From: Candidatus Kuenenia stuttgartensis
GTDB taxonomy: Bacteria > Planctomycetota > Brocadiia > Brocadiales > Brocadiaceae
Length of the DNA: 32,000 nt
Direction of reading: 5' to 3'
Assembly (NCBI RefSeq): GCF_900232105.1
Contig: NZ_LT934425.1
Location: forward strand, 3,810,001 to 3,842,000
In this document: piece after piece, positions 1-9,008 of the stretch
Layout of the letters: each line of letters begins with the position of its first letter
Numbering within the stretch: the stretch's first letter is position 1
Notes under the pieces: model-generated
Seen by the model: only the letters and a program-made list of their open reading frames with translations
What the model was told of the DNA's origin: nothing
Database searches by the model: none
Translations under genes and position numbers: made by a program

Positions 1-3000
1 GTTTTTACAGTATCAGCAATTCTTTTTCTGATAGTATTTTCCATCCCATCGTTGATAGCAAGCCATGAAAACTCAAATAAACAATCATTCAAAAGCTCAA
101 TTCCGCAATCTACAATCCAAAACTTGTCCTCGACTTCGACCGGGGATCCGAAATTAGACTCGGCGGCATTTGCCCAGAAAACAAAGAAACTTCAAATACC
201 CTTCTTAGCCAATAACGGCCAGGTAGATGAACAGGTGAAATTCTATGCCAATACTTTTGGCGGAACTGTGTTCGTAACGAAGGACGGTGAGATTGTGTAT
301 TCCTTGCCGAATAATAGTTCAGATGTAGAGACGCAATGCCTTGCGTCTTCAATGCGTTCGCCCAATGGGATACACAATGCAAAATGCAAAATACAAAATA
401 CACGAAACATGTCAAATACCACAAATCGTTTATCGTGCATCTTGCATCATGAATCAAACATCCCATATTGCACCAATTGTCTTTTAGCATGCCTTGCTAA
501 ACATACCGGACGAGACACCCAGGGAGTTGCCATTAAAGAGACGCTTGTAGGCGGCAGAGTTCAGGAGATAACTGGAAATGAAAAGGCTGTAACAAAGGTG
601 AGCTATTTTAAAGGAACCGACAAATCTCAATGGAAAACCAATATTTCAGCATATGATGTAGTATCGCTTGGAGAAGTCTACGACGGTATAGAACTCAAAT
701 TAAAGGCGTATGGAAATAATGTAGAGAAGCTTTTTTGTGTAAAACCAGACGCAAACCCCGAACAAATACAGGTAAAGCTCAGTGGTGTAATAGATTTGCG
801 GGTAAATAACGAAGGACAGCTTGTGGCAGAGACAAAGCTTGGGGCGGTAAAGTTTACAAAACCCGTGGCATATCAGGAAATAAACGGCAGACGAGTGGAC
901 GTGGAATGTAAATATACGATTGCGGATTGTGGAATGCAGAATGCGGAATGTAAAACAAATCTGAAATCCGAAACCCGAAACTTGTCCTCGACTGAGATCG
1001 GGGATCCGCAATTAGAATACGGCTTCACCGTAGCAAGCTACGACTGCACAAAAGACCTCATCATCGACCCCCTGCTGGCATCCACGTACGTGGGCGGGTC
1101 TAGTAGTGGTGATTTTGGTAATTCTCTCGCCCTCGACACAAGCGGGAACGTATATGTGACGGGGTGGACTTATTCATCAGACTTTCCGACGACGAGCGGG
1201 GCTTATGATACCTCTTTTAATGGTTATATGGATGTCTTTGTCTCGAAGCTGAATAGTGGATTAACTAGTTTGCTGGCATCCACGTATCTGGGAGGGTCTG
1301 GTGGTGAGTCGGGGTATTCTCTTACCCTCGACACAAGCGGGAACGTATATGTGATGGGGTATACTGGTTCAACAGACTTTCCGACCACGAGCGGTGCTTA
1401 TGATACCTCCTATAATGGTGGTAATTATTATGGTGATGTCTTTGTCTCGAAGCTGGACAGTGGATTAACGAGCCTGCTAGCATCCACGTACCTGGGCGGG
1501 TCTAATGATGATATTGGTAATTCTCTCGCCCTTGACACAAGCGGGAATGTATATGTGACAGGGAATACTTCTTCATCAGACTTTCCTACCACGAGCGGGG
1601 CACATGATACCTCTCTTAATGGTGGTTATTATGATGTCTTTGTCTCGAAGCTGGACGGTGGACTGACGAGACTGCTGGCATCCACGTACCTGGGCGGGTC
1701 TGCTGATGATTATGGTAAATCTCTTGCCCTCGACACAAGCGGGAACGTATATGTGACGGGGAATACTCCTTCAACAGACTTTCCGACTACGAACGGGGCA
1801 TACGATACCTCTTTTAATAGCGGCAGTGCCGTCTTTATCTCGAAGCTGGACGGTGGATTAACGAGCCTGCTGGCATCCACTTTCTTGGGCGGGTTTGGTG
1901 ATGATCGGGGTTATTCTCTCAGCCTCGACACAAGCGGGAACGTATATGTGACGGGGCTTGCTGGGCCAAACTTTCCGACCACGAGCGGGGCATATGATAC
2001 CACTTTTAATGGTGGTTATGCTGCCTTTGTTTCGAAGCTGGATGGTGGATTAACGAGCCTGCTTGCTTCCACGTTCCTGGGCGGATCTAGTGAGGCTTGG
2101 GGTTATTCTCTCTCCCTCGACACAAGCGGGCGTGTATATGTGACGGGGTTTACTACGTCAACAGACTTTCCGACCACGAGCGGGGCATATGATACATCCT
2201 TTAATGGTGGTTATGATGTCTTTGTCTCGAAGCTGAACAATGGATTAACGGGCCTGCTGGCATCCACGTACCTTGGTGGGTCTGATTATGATTTTGGTAA
2301 TTCTCTTATCCTCGACACAAGCGGGCATGTATATGTGACGGGGTCTACTGGATCAACAGGCTTTCCGACGACGAGTAGTGCATATGATACCTCTCATAAT
2401 GGTGGAAGTTATAATGTCTTTGTCTCGAAGCTGGACGGTAATCTTTCTGCCTCTGCTGCAACCACACCTACCCCTTCGCCCACGCCTTCACCTGCACCAA
2501 CACCGTCTCCAACAACAAGCCCAGAGGAAGAAAACCTCCTGGAAAAATACGCGCCGATTTTGTATATGCACTCTAAGGAGCGATTACATCCTACAAATGT
2601 TAAAGTAATGTTGGAAAATTCAGAACTATACGAAAAAATATGTAAAAAAGAAAAAAAAGATGGTACGTGTAAAAAATATAAAGGAGAACAAGTAGATACA
2701 AAAGATAAAAAACTTACTACAGATTTGTTAATGAATGATTACAATATGGATGATTACAATGATGATAACTATTATTATCTTCAGCTAAAAAAGAAGGCAG
2801 AGAAGAAGGCAAAAAAGGAGGAATGGAAAGAACGACAAACTGTTTATGGCCGTAAATTTATTAGCGAAGAGGATAAAACAAAAACAGTGCTTCAATATTG
2901 GTTTTTTTATGTTTACAATGATTGGAGCGGCTCTTATGAAGGCGGTAATAAGCACGAAGGGGACTGGGAAATGATCCAGATTATTTTAGACAGCAATAAG

Positions 3001-3888
3001 CAGCCATGGAAAATTACCTATTCTTTTCATCGTGGCGGGCAAACATTCTTATGGGATGACAAAGAGGTAAGCAAAAGCGATGATGGAAATCACCCTTTGG
3101 TATATATGACTTTGGGGGGGCACGGGTGTTGGAACAAACCTGGAAATCACAAGTGGTATCAAGAACCTGCAACGTGCATGGATTGTACTGATGAGACAGC
3201 TGATAATGGTGACGTATTACATCCGGATACTATGTCTAATGCTGAAATTGATGAAATAAAAACGAGTACAAAAAAATATGCTTATGTAATTGAAGACATG
3301 ACTGATTGGACAGAGGAAAATCAAGATTGGATATATTGGAAAGGGTACTGGGGAAAGCAGACTAAAAAGAAAATGAATAACAAAAGAGATTACGATATTA
3401 TATACGGGTATAATTCCGGTCCCTCAAGTCCGCCCTACATTGATTACATAGATGATGAAATAGGTGGTCGTTGGGAAAAACCAATATTGTGGGCAACAAG
3501 TCCTAAGCCATCAGATTATGAAATTTGTGCTTCTTCCAATATCAAAATTATTGCCCATGATATAGAGGGTAATGTTTCGAACCTTTTGGATAATTGTTCG
3601 TTTGATACTTCTTGTGGTGGATGCGCAACCATTAAAATATTGTATTCAGAAAAGGACCAGATATTTGAAGTCTATTCCCTCGACGGCGAAGAAGTAACCC
3701 TGAAAATCAGCAGATACAACAGGAATACAAAGGAAGTGTGCGAAGTGGAATTTGACTGGCTTGAAATTCCCAGGAACGGCAAGGCAACACTTAGATTTTC
3801 TCCAGATGAAAACCCAAATCTTGAAATGGAAATTGACCACGACCTTAATGGAATTTTTGATTATCGTGTATCGCCAAATTATGTATAG
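1..3888 (+). CDS. Secreted SBBP beta-propeller repeat protein, paralog 1 (5' end outside window) with Vps62/DUF946-like C-terminal module
   Basis: Frame 1 is open from nt 1. VFTVSAILFLIVFSIPSLIASHE is the signal-peptide core; nt 1-188 are identical to paralog 2 (5683-5870), whose ATG lies 21 nt (7 codons) upstream of the equivalent point. There are seven ~66-aa repeats LLASTYLGGS..D.G.SLALDTSGNVYVTG.T.S.DFPTTSGAYDTS...DVFVSKL (SBBP signature). A Pro/Thr linker spans ~2455-2525. The C-terminal KYAPILYMH...YWFFYVYN...HEGDWEMIQI...HPLVYMTLGGHG resembles the Vps62/DUF946 family; the domain call is from memory and no HMM was run. Confidence 0.85.
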   Translation, partial: VFTVSAILFLIVFSIPSLIASHENSNKQSFKSSIPQSTIQNLSSTSTGDPKLDSAAFAQKTKKLQIPFLANNGQVDEQVKFYANTFGGTVFVTKDGEIVYSLPNNSSDVETQCLASSMRSPNGIHNAKCKIQNTRNMSNTTNRLSCILHHESNIPYCTNCLLACLAKHTGRDTQGVAIKETLVGGRVQEITGNEKAVTKVSYFKGTDKSQWKTNISAYDVVSLGEVYDGIELKLKAYGNNVEKLFCVKPDANPEQIQVKLSGVIDLRVNNEGQLVAETKLGAVKFTKPVAYQEINGRRVDVECKYTIADCGMQNAECKTNLKSETRNLSSTEIGDPQLEYGFTVASYDCTKDLIIDPLLASTYVGGSSSGDFGNSLALDTSGNVYVTGWTYSSDFPTTSGAYDTSFNGYMDVFVSKLNSGLTSLLASTYLGGSGGESGYSLTLDTSGNVYVMGYTGSTDFPTTSGAYDTSYNGGNYYGDVFVSKLDSGLTSLLASTYLGGSNDDIGNSLALDTSGNVYVTGNTSSSDFPTTSGAHDTSLNGGYYDVFVSKLDGGLTRLLASTYLGGSADDYGKSLALDTSGNVYVTGNTPSTDFPTTNGAYDTSFNSGSAVFISKLDGGLTSLLASTFLGGFGDDRGYSLSLDTSGNVYVTGLAGPNFPTTSGAYDTTFNGGYAAFVSKLDGGLTSLLASTFLGGSSEAWGYSLSLDTSGRVYVTGFTTSTDFPTTSGAYDTSFNGGYDVFVSKLNNGLTGLLASTYLGGSDYDFGNSLILDTSGHVYVTGSTGSTGFPTTSSAYDTSHNGGSYNVFVSKLDGNLSASAATTPTPSPTPSPAPTPSPTTSPEEENLLEKYAPILYMHSKERLHPTNVKVMLENSELYEKICKKEKKDGTCKKYKGEQVDTKDKKLTTDLLMNDYNMDDYNDDNYYYLQLKKKAEKKAKKEEWKERQTVYGRKFISEEDKTKTVLQYWFFYVYNDWSGSYEGGNKHEGDWEMIQIILDSNKQPWKITYSFHRGGQTFLWDDKEVSKSDDGNHPLVYMTLGGHGCWNKPGNHKWYQEPATCMDCTDETADNGDVLHPDTMSNAEIDEIKTSTKKYAYVIEDMTDWTEENQDWIYWKGYWGKQTKKKMNNKRDYDIIYGYNSGPSSPPYIDYIDDEIGGRWEKPILWATSPKPSDYEICASSNIKIIAHDIEGNVSNLLDNCSFDTSCGGCATIKILYSEKDQIFEVYSLDGEEVTLKISRYNRNTKEVCEVEFDWLEIPRNGKATLRFSPDENPNLEMEIDHDLNGIFDYRVSPNYV
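1072..2450 (+). repeat. Seven tandem coding repeats (~198-204 bp) = SBBP blades of paralog 1
   Basis: The recurrent DNA block ctgctggcatccacgta...gacacaagcgggaacgtatatgtgacgggg...gtctttgtctcgaagctg occurs at 1072, 1270, 1474 and onward. Confidence 0.9.
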
Positions 3889-4031
3889 TTCAGATAAATA
3901 ATAACCAGAAATTTAAATTAACAGGTCTAATGCCTTTATTAACACGTGTTTTCCCTTTACAGTCAGGAAAAGGAAGATTGAAGGGTAAACGTTACGGCAT
4001 TGCTTTTTGTTTGTCATTTTTAATACTTATC

Positions 4032-4181
4032 GGGAGCATTCCCGATTTTTTGTAAAAATGTCATTAGCAGGGGGGAGGGGAAGAATAGTAACTCAAGCTT
4101 CCAGCTTGAGGGTAAAACACCACAAGCAGGATGCTTGTGGTACAATGTACAATTAGTTAACCAAAAATCGGGAATGCTCCT
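4032..4181. repeat. MITE-like element sharing only its ~20-bp termini with the 141-bp MITE at 17336-17476
   Basis: The left end is gggagcattcccgattttttgt (4032-4053). The right end is accaaaaatcgggaatgctcc (to ~4180), its imperfect reverse complement. The core holds two hairpins (ctcaagcttccagcttgag; ccacaagcaggatgcttgtgg). No clear TSD, so this is probably an older copy. Confidence 0.5.
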
Positions 4182-4219
4182 GTTCAAACCATGTCCCCCG
4201 CTGGCGGGGGTGCAGGGGG

Positions 4220-5603
4220 CATAAGCGCTAACTTGTTTTAGGTATGCTCGAAGTATTTTGATATCTGTGTTTTTCGGATTCTTGTATTTTCTGCTAAAGA
4301 ACAAGCAATGTCATTCCAGCACTTAAGAACTTCCTGTAATGATAACGCTGGTTCTATAGCCCGTTTTACTTGATTAAGCATAAAAGCAAATTCACGCCAT
4401 TTGCTTTTAGTCTTCTTGCTTGACAATGAAGTATCCCCAGGGGGAAAAAGACGTAGCAAAATCTATTAGTTTTTCTGTCAAAAGAGCAACGAATAGTTTG
4501 CCATAAAGCCAAGCTTTTGAGCTATCATCATCGTATTTAGGTAAGTGTCCAAATTGTGCTATTTGTTTAAATCTTTTAAAGACCAGTTCAATTTGCCATC
4601 GAACTCGATACCATTCTAAGATATCAAAAGCGGTAAATTGATTTTCAGGAAACGTTGTGAATACTATTACGTACTTGGCATAAATAAGGGTCTCCGGTTT
4701 TAGTTCAATGCCCTTTTTGCTTGCATGTCTTTTAAGTTTTTTATGAGCTATTTTAATGGCTTCTTCTGTTTTGTGTATTATACAAAGACGACCTTTGACA
4801 TATTCAGTATTATCAACGTTTGGAATAAAAACGTTCCATGATTTTATAGCAAGGGGTCTTTTTAAATATTGGATTTCTTTCAATAAAGGAAAGGGTTTCT
4901 TTTCTTCGCCGAATATCCGTAGAGATTGCGAATTAACTCTAACGCTAAGATAAGCGCCTTTCCTTGTTGCATGATGAATTCCTTGGCCAGTACAGTAACC
5001 TCTGTCAGCTATAATATAATCATCTTTTTTCATCGGAAACTGCCGAAAAGATTCTCCTGTGCCTTCTCCTTCAGTTCCCGTAAGTTTAAAGAAATCGCAA
5101 GATAATGAAGGAACCTCAATACTATAATGAATGCGCCAAAGACTTCCTGTTTTCCCAGGTTCCTTTACTGTTGTTGCATCAAATAAGCGAAGATGAAAAT
5201 TATTCCGTTTATTAATTTGGAGGCCACGCTCACGGAATAAAGATAAACATAATTTATATAGCCATTCTTTGCTCTTTTTTAATCGCTTTAATAAGGCAAC
5301 ATCGGATAAATCTGCTAAGTTAGCACGCTTGGCTAGAACTACTGTTTCACGCAATGAATAGCCACATCCTAAATGAATTAATAATGTTCGAAGAAGCTTT
5401 TCTTCAGATTTATCCTTGCGCAAGCCTTTTAAAGCATTTGTATCAACGGCTAAACTTTTCCAATCGTTTGGGAAGAAAGTTCTTAGAAGATCCCAATCTT
5501 CTCTCATCATGGCTTTATCCTCCTATAGAGTGATTAGCGGGATAATTAACATAAAAATACCATGATGAATAAAATTTGTCAATAAAACAAGTTAGCGCTT
5601 ATG
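4220..5603 (-). mobile_element. Intact IS4-family insertion sequence (1,384 bp)
   Basis: It has perfect 21-bp terminal inverted repeats: CATAAGCGCTAACTTGTTTTA at 4220-4240 and its reverse complement at 5583-5603. It is flanked by an 11-bp direct repeat GGTGCAGGGGG (4209-4219 and 5604-5614), read as the target-site duplication. It carries a single transposase ORF. Confidence 0.92.
4407..5510 (-). CDS. IS4-family DDE transposase
   Basis: 367 aa. It contains IADRGY and the C-terminal YRVRWQIELVFKRFK, which matches the Y-2-R-3-E-6-K signature of IS4-type transposases. Confidence 0.9.
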   Translation of the reverse strand: MMREDWDLLRTFFPNDWKSLAVDTNALKGLRKDKSEEKLLRTLLIHLGCGYSLRETVVLAKRANLADLSDVALLKRLKKSKEWLYKLCLSLFRERGLQINKRNNFHLRLFDATTVKEPGKTGSLWRIHYSIEVPSLSCDFFKLTGTEGEGTGESFRQFPMKKDDYIIADRGYCTGQGIHHATRKGAYLSVRVNSQSLRIFGEEKKPFPLLKEIQYLKRPLAIKSWNVFIPNVDNTEYVKGRLCIIHKTEEAIKIAHKKLKRHASKKGIELKPETLIYAKYVIVFTTFPENQFTAFDILEWYRVRWQIELVFKRFKQIAQFGHLPKYDDDSSKAWLYGKLFVALLTEKLIDFATSFSPWGYFIVKQED

Positions 5604-5661
5604 GGTGCAGGGGGTGGACTGGATTTCTCCATCGATACAACTACCAATTCCGGAGGCTGCC

Positions 5662-8600
5662 ATGATACAAAGAAATTGTGTTGTTTTTACAGTATCAGCA
5701 ATTCTTTTTCTGATAGTATTTTCCATCCCATCGTTGATAGCAAGCCATGAAAACTCAAATAAACAATCATTCAAAAGCTCAATTCCGCAATCTACAATCC
5801 AAAACTTGTCCTCGACTTCGACCGGGGATCCGAAATTAGACTCGGCGGCATTTGCCCAGAAAACAAAGAAGCTTCAAATACCCTTTATAGCCAACAACGG
5901 ACAGGTAGATGAACAGGTGAAATTCTATGCCAATACATTTGGCGGGACGGTGTTCGTGACAAAAGACGGCGAGATTGTGTATGCGTTGCCGAATAATAGT
6001 TCAGAGTCGGGAGTTCGATGTTCGAAGAATCAAGAGGCAAAATGCATGATTCAGGGTCCACGAAACATGTCAAATACCACAAATCGTTTATCGTGCATCT
6101 TGCATCATGAAGCAAACATCCCATATTGTACCAATTGTCTTTTAGCTGGCATTGCTAAGAATATCGGTCAAGACACCCAGGGAGTTGCCATTAAAGAGAC
6201 GCTTGTAGGTGGCAGAGTTCATGAGATAACTGGAAATGAAAAGGCTGTAACAAAGGTGAGCTATTTTAAGGGAAATGACACATCTCAATGGAAAACCAAT
6301 ATTTCAGCATATGATGTAGTATCGCTTGGTGAAGTCTACGACGGTATAGAACTCAAATTAAAGGCGTATGGAAATAATGTCGAGAAGCTTTTTTGTGTAA
6401 AACCAGATGCAAACCCCGATCAAATACAGGTAAAGCTCAGTGGTGCAAAAGATTTGCGTGTAAATGACGAAGGGCAGCTTGAAGCAGAAACGGAATTGGG
6501 GATGGTTAAGTTTACAAAACCCATAGCATATCAGGAAATCGATGGGAATCGGGTGGCGGTAGATGTTGAATACGACATTCAGAATCCAGAAGTCGGGAGA
6601 CGGAATCAAAAAATTCCAAATTGGAAATCAGCAAGCTACAATAAAACACGGACAAAAAAGTTTGTCCATTCCACCCATAAACACAATCCAAATTCTGAAA
6701 TCCAAAATCCAAAATTGGAGTACGGCTTCAAAGTCGCCTCTTACGACAAAACATATGAACTAATCATCGACCCCCTACTAGCCTCCACATACCTAGGCGG
6801 GTCTGATAATGATTATGTTTATTCCCTTGCCCTCGATACGAGCGGGAATGTATATGTGACGGGGTATACCAAGTCATCAAACTTTCCTACGACGAGCGGG
6901 GCATATGATACCTCTTTTACTGGTGGTAATTATCAGGAACATGTCTTTGTCTCGAAGCTGGACGGTGGATTAACGAGCCTGCTGGCATCCACGTTCCTGG
7001 GCGGGTCTGATTATAATTGTGGTTATTCTCTAGCCCTCGACACAAGCGGGAATGTATATGTGACGGGGAAGACCGGGTCATCAGACTTTCCTACGACGAG
7101 CGGGGCATATGATACCTCTTTTACTGGTGGTAATTATCAGGAACATGTCTTTGTCTCGAAGCTGGACGGTGGATTAACGAGCCTGCTGGCATCCACGTTC
7201 CTGGGAGGGTCTGGTCAGGATTATGGTTATTCCCTCGCCCTCGACACGAGCGGGAATGTATATGTGACGGGGTATACTATGTCATCAGACTTTCCGACGA
7301 CGAGTGGGGCATATGATACCTCTCAAACTGGTTCTTCTGATGTCTTTGTCTCGAAGCTGAACAGTGGATTAACGAGCCTGCTGGCATCCACGTACCTGGG
7401 CGGGTCTAGTGATGATTATGGTTATTCCCTCGCCCTCGATACGAGCGGGAATGTATATGTGACGGGGTATACTAAGTCATCAGACTTTCCGACGATGAGT
7501 GGGGCATATGATACATCTTTGAGTCAAACTGGTTCTCATGATGTCTTTGTCTCGAAGCTGAACAGTGGATTAACGAGCCTGCTGGCATCCACGTACCTGG
7601 GCGAGCCTGGTTATAATGAGGGTCGTTCTCTTGCCCTCGACACGAGCGGGAATGTATATGTGACGGGGTATACTATGTCACCACTCTTTCCGACTACGAG
7701 CGGGGCATATGACACCTCTTATAATTATGGTTATGATGTCTTTGTATCTAAGCTGGACGGTGGATTAACGAGCCTGCTGGCATCCACGTATCTGGGCGGG
7801 CTTAGTGATGATTATGGTTATTCCCTCGCCCTCGACACGAACGGGAATGTGTATGTGACGGGGCAAACTGAGTCATCACGCTTTCCGACTACGAGGGGTG
7901 CATATGATACTTCCGATAGTGATGATTCTGATGTCTTTGTCTCGAAGCTGAACAGTGGATTAACGAGCCTGCTGGCATCCACGTACCTGGGCGGGTCTAA
8001 TGATGATGAGGGTTATTCTCTCGTCCTAGACACAAGCGGGAATGTATATGTAACGGGTTGGACTAGCGGAGGAGGCTTTCCGACTACGAGTGGGGCATAT
8101 GATACCTCTTATTATTATGGTTATGATGTCTTTGTATCTAAGCTGGACGGCAATCTTTCTGCCACATCAGCAACACCAACACCAACACCAACACCAACAC
8201 CAACACCAACACCAACTCCAACTACGTGTACTGACAGCTACGAGCCTAACAACAGTACGTCTGAAGCTTACGGACCTTTGCGTTCTGGATCGAGTTACAG
8301 TGGCAAGATTTGCTCGGATAGTGACGTGGATTGGTTTAAGGTGAATATAACAATCGAAGGTACAATATCACTGTCCTTAACGGTTCCGTCTTCCAATGAT
8401 TATGAATTAGAGCTGTATGATGCTTCTTATGCGAAAATCGTCAGTTCTACTAATGGGAGTGGTGTGAGCGAGTCGATTGACTACGATGCCACTTCAACGG
8501 GAAATTACTATATCAAGATATACGGATTCAGTGGCTCATCGAATACTACAAATTCATATACACTCACCTATACGTATACGTCTAAGACAACACCAACCCC

Positions 8601-8910
8601 TACAACAACGCTTACTCCAGGTGGTCACACTGCTGCCTTATCTGTAAGTCCGTCAGAAGTATCTCTATATGATTCTGTTGTAGTAACAGTCGTGGATTGG
8701 GATTTAAATACAACCAGTAGCTATGCCGATACTGGAAATGTGAGAATTAAATCAAATTCAGATACAACAGGCTTCTATCTTGGGTTAATGGAAATGAATG
8801 TGAACTCTGGCAGTTTTAAGGGTACATTCGTGACGGGCGATACGACAGACTTGTCTGCATCTCCTCGAAAAATAGGTGTTGGAGTAAATGATACTATAAC
8901 TGTGTCTTAG
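5662..8910 (+). CDS. SBBP beta-propeller repeat protein, paralog 2, 5' portion (truncated by MITE-created stop); includes PPC (pre-peptidase C-terminal)-like domain
   Basis: ATG 5662 is preferred over the track start 5605: GGAGG lies at 5652-5656 and the product starts MIQRNCVVFTVSAILFLIVFSIPSLIA, a signal peptide. There are seven SBBP blades (6775-8160) and a (TP)n linker. CTDSYEPNNS...DVDWFKV...YYIKIYGFSG is PPC-like, followed by an Ig-like module. The stop TAG 8908-8910 is built from the target TA plus the first G of the inserted element. Confidence 0.85.
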   Translation: MIQRNCVVFTVSAILFLIVFSIPSLIASHENSNKQSFKSSIPQSTIQNLSSTSTGDPKLDSAAFAQKTKKLQIPFIANNGQVDEQVKFYANTFGGTVFVTKDGEIVYALPNNSSESGVRCSKNQEAKCMIQGPRNMSNTTNRLSCILHHEANIPYCTNCLLAGIAKNIGQDTQGVAIKETLVGGRVHEITGNEKAVTKVSYFKGNDTSQWKTNISAYDVVSLGEVYDGIELKLKAYGNNVEKLFCVKPDANPDQIQVKLSGAKDLRVNDEGQLEAETELGMVKFTKPIAYQEIDGNRVAVDVEYDIQNPEVGRRNQKIPNWKSASYNKTRTKKFVHSTHKHNPNSEIQNPKLEYGFKVASYDKTYELIIDPLLASTYLGGSDNDYVYSLALDTSGNVYVTGYTKSSNFPTTSGAYDTSFTGGNYQEHVFVSKLDGGLTSLLASTFLGGSDYNCGYSLALDTSGNVYVTGKTGSSDFPTTSGAYDTSFTGGNYQEHVFVSKLDGGLTSLLASTFLGGSGQDYGYSLALDTSGNVYVTGYTMSSDFPTTSGAYDTSQTGSSDVFVSKLNSGLTSLLASTYLGGSSDDYGYSLALDTSGNVYVTGYTKSSDFPTMSGAYDTSLSQTGSHDVFVSKLNSGLTSLLASTYLGEPGYNEGRSLALDTSGNVYVTGYTMSPLFPTTSGAYDTSYNYGYDVFVSKLDGGLTSLLASTYLGGLSDDYGYSLALDTNGNVYVTGQTESSRFPTTRGAYDTSDSDDSDVFVSKLNSGLTSLLASTYLGGSNDDEGYSLVLDTSGNVYVTGWTSGGGFPTTSGAYDTSYYYGYDVFVSKLDGNLSATSATPTPTPTPTPTPTPTPTTCTDSYEPNNSTSEAYGPLRSGSSYSGKICSDSDVDWFKVNITIEGTISLSLTVPSSNDYELELYDASYAKIVSSTNGSGVSESIDYDATSTGNYYIKIYGFSGSSNTTNSYTLTYTYTSKTTPTPTTTLTPGGHTAALSVSPSEVSLYDSVVVTVVDWDLNTTSSYADTGNVRIKSNSDTTGFYLGLMEMNVNSGSFKGTFVTGDTTDLSASPRKIGVGVNDTITVS
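6775..8160 (+). repeat. Seven tandem SBBP blade repeats of paralog 2
   Basis: Same ~198-bp coding unit as 1072-2450. Blocks 6905-7085 and 7085-7265 are nearly identical at the DNA level. Confidence 0.9.
8171..8212 (+). repeat. (CAACAC)7 hexanucleotide microsatellite encoding a (TP)n linker
   Basis: Seven perfect CAACAC units read directly. The unit length is a multiple of 3, so copy-number change keeps the frame. Confidence 0.9.
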
Positions 8911-9008
8911 GCACTGTAAATAAATAAAGGTATCAAGTAGATCAATTTCATGCTCTGGAAACATGCAATCAAGGCTTCAAAGTGAGACGTTAATTTATTT
9001 ACAGCGCC
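8910..9008 (+). mobile_element. 99-bp MITE, copy 1 (TIR GGCRCTGTAAATAAAT, TSD TTA)
   Basis: The termini GGCACTGTAAATAAAT...ATTTATTTACAGCGCC are inverted. TTA is duplicated at 8907-8909 and 9009-9011. The sequence is the exact reverse complement of 14170-14268 (99/99, checked base by base). Confidence 0.85.

Noticed and set aside
110-1011. Minus-strand track ORFs 110-490, 243-440 and 700-1011, with their counterparts 5885-6124, 6358-6609 and 6512-6712, and the + strand ORF 6563-6763
   Set aside because: They lie entirely inside (mostly antisense to) the well-supported SBBP coding frames. They have no RBS and low-complexity products, so they are shadow ORFs.
2378-2608. Alternate-frame ORFs through the Pro/Thr linkers (2378-2608 and 8090-8344)
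   Set aside because: These are out-of-frame readings of the P/T-rich linker DNA (HQHQHQ... products). The SBBP frame is continuous and homologous across them.
4020-4459. Track ORFs 4020-4304 (-) and 4238-4459 (-)
   Set aside because: They are composed of MITE-like repeat, target duplication and IS4 terminal sequence. The ...LQKIGNAPDKY ending is simply the translated repeat terminus, and the same peptide appears at 17432 from the other copy.
5605-5661. Track start codon at 5605 for SBBP paralog 2
   Set aside because: Position 5605 lies inside the IS4 target-site duplication. ATG 5662 has a GGAGG RBS and yields a canonical signal peptide.
1-8910. Diversity-generating retroelement acting on the SBBP paralogs
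   Set aside because: There is no reverse transcriptase or template repeat in the window. Differences between the paralogs are not adenine-specific and are spread over the whole gene.
8910-9008. Translational bypass (gene-60-like hopping) over the in-frame 102-bp insertions
   Set aside because: The idea is attractive because both insertions preserve the frame, and at 8908 a stop follows the last native codon immediately. However, the take-off and candidate landing codons differ at the first base (UCU vs CCU; UUU vs CUU). The gap is twice that of known hops, and no take-off hairpin is evident. A simple MITE knock-out is more parsimonious.
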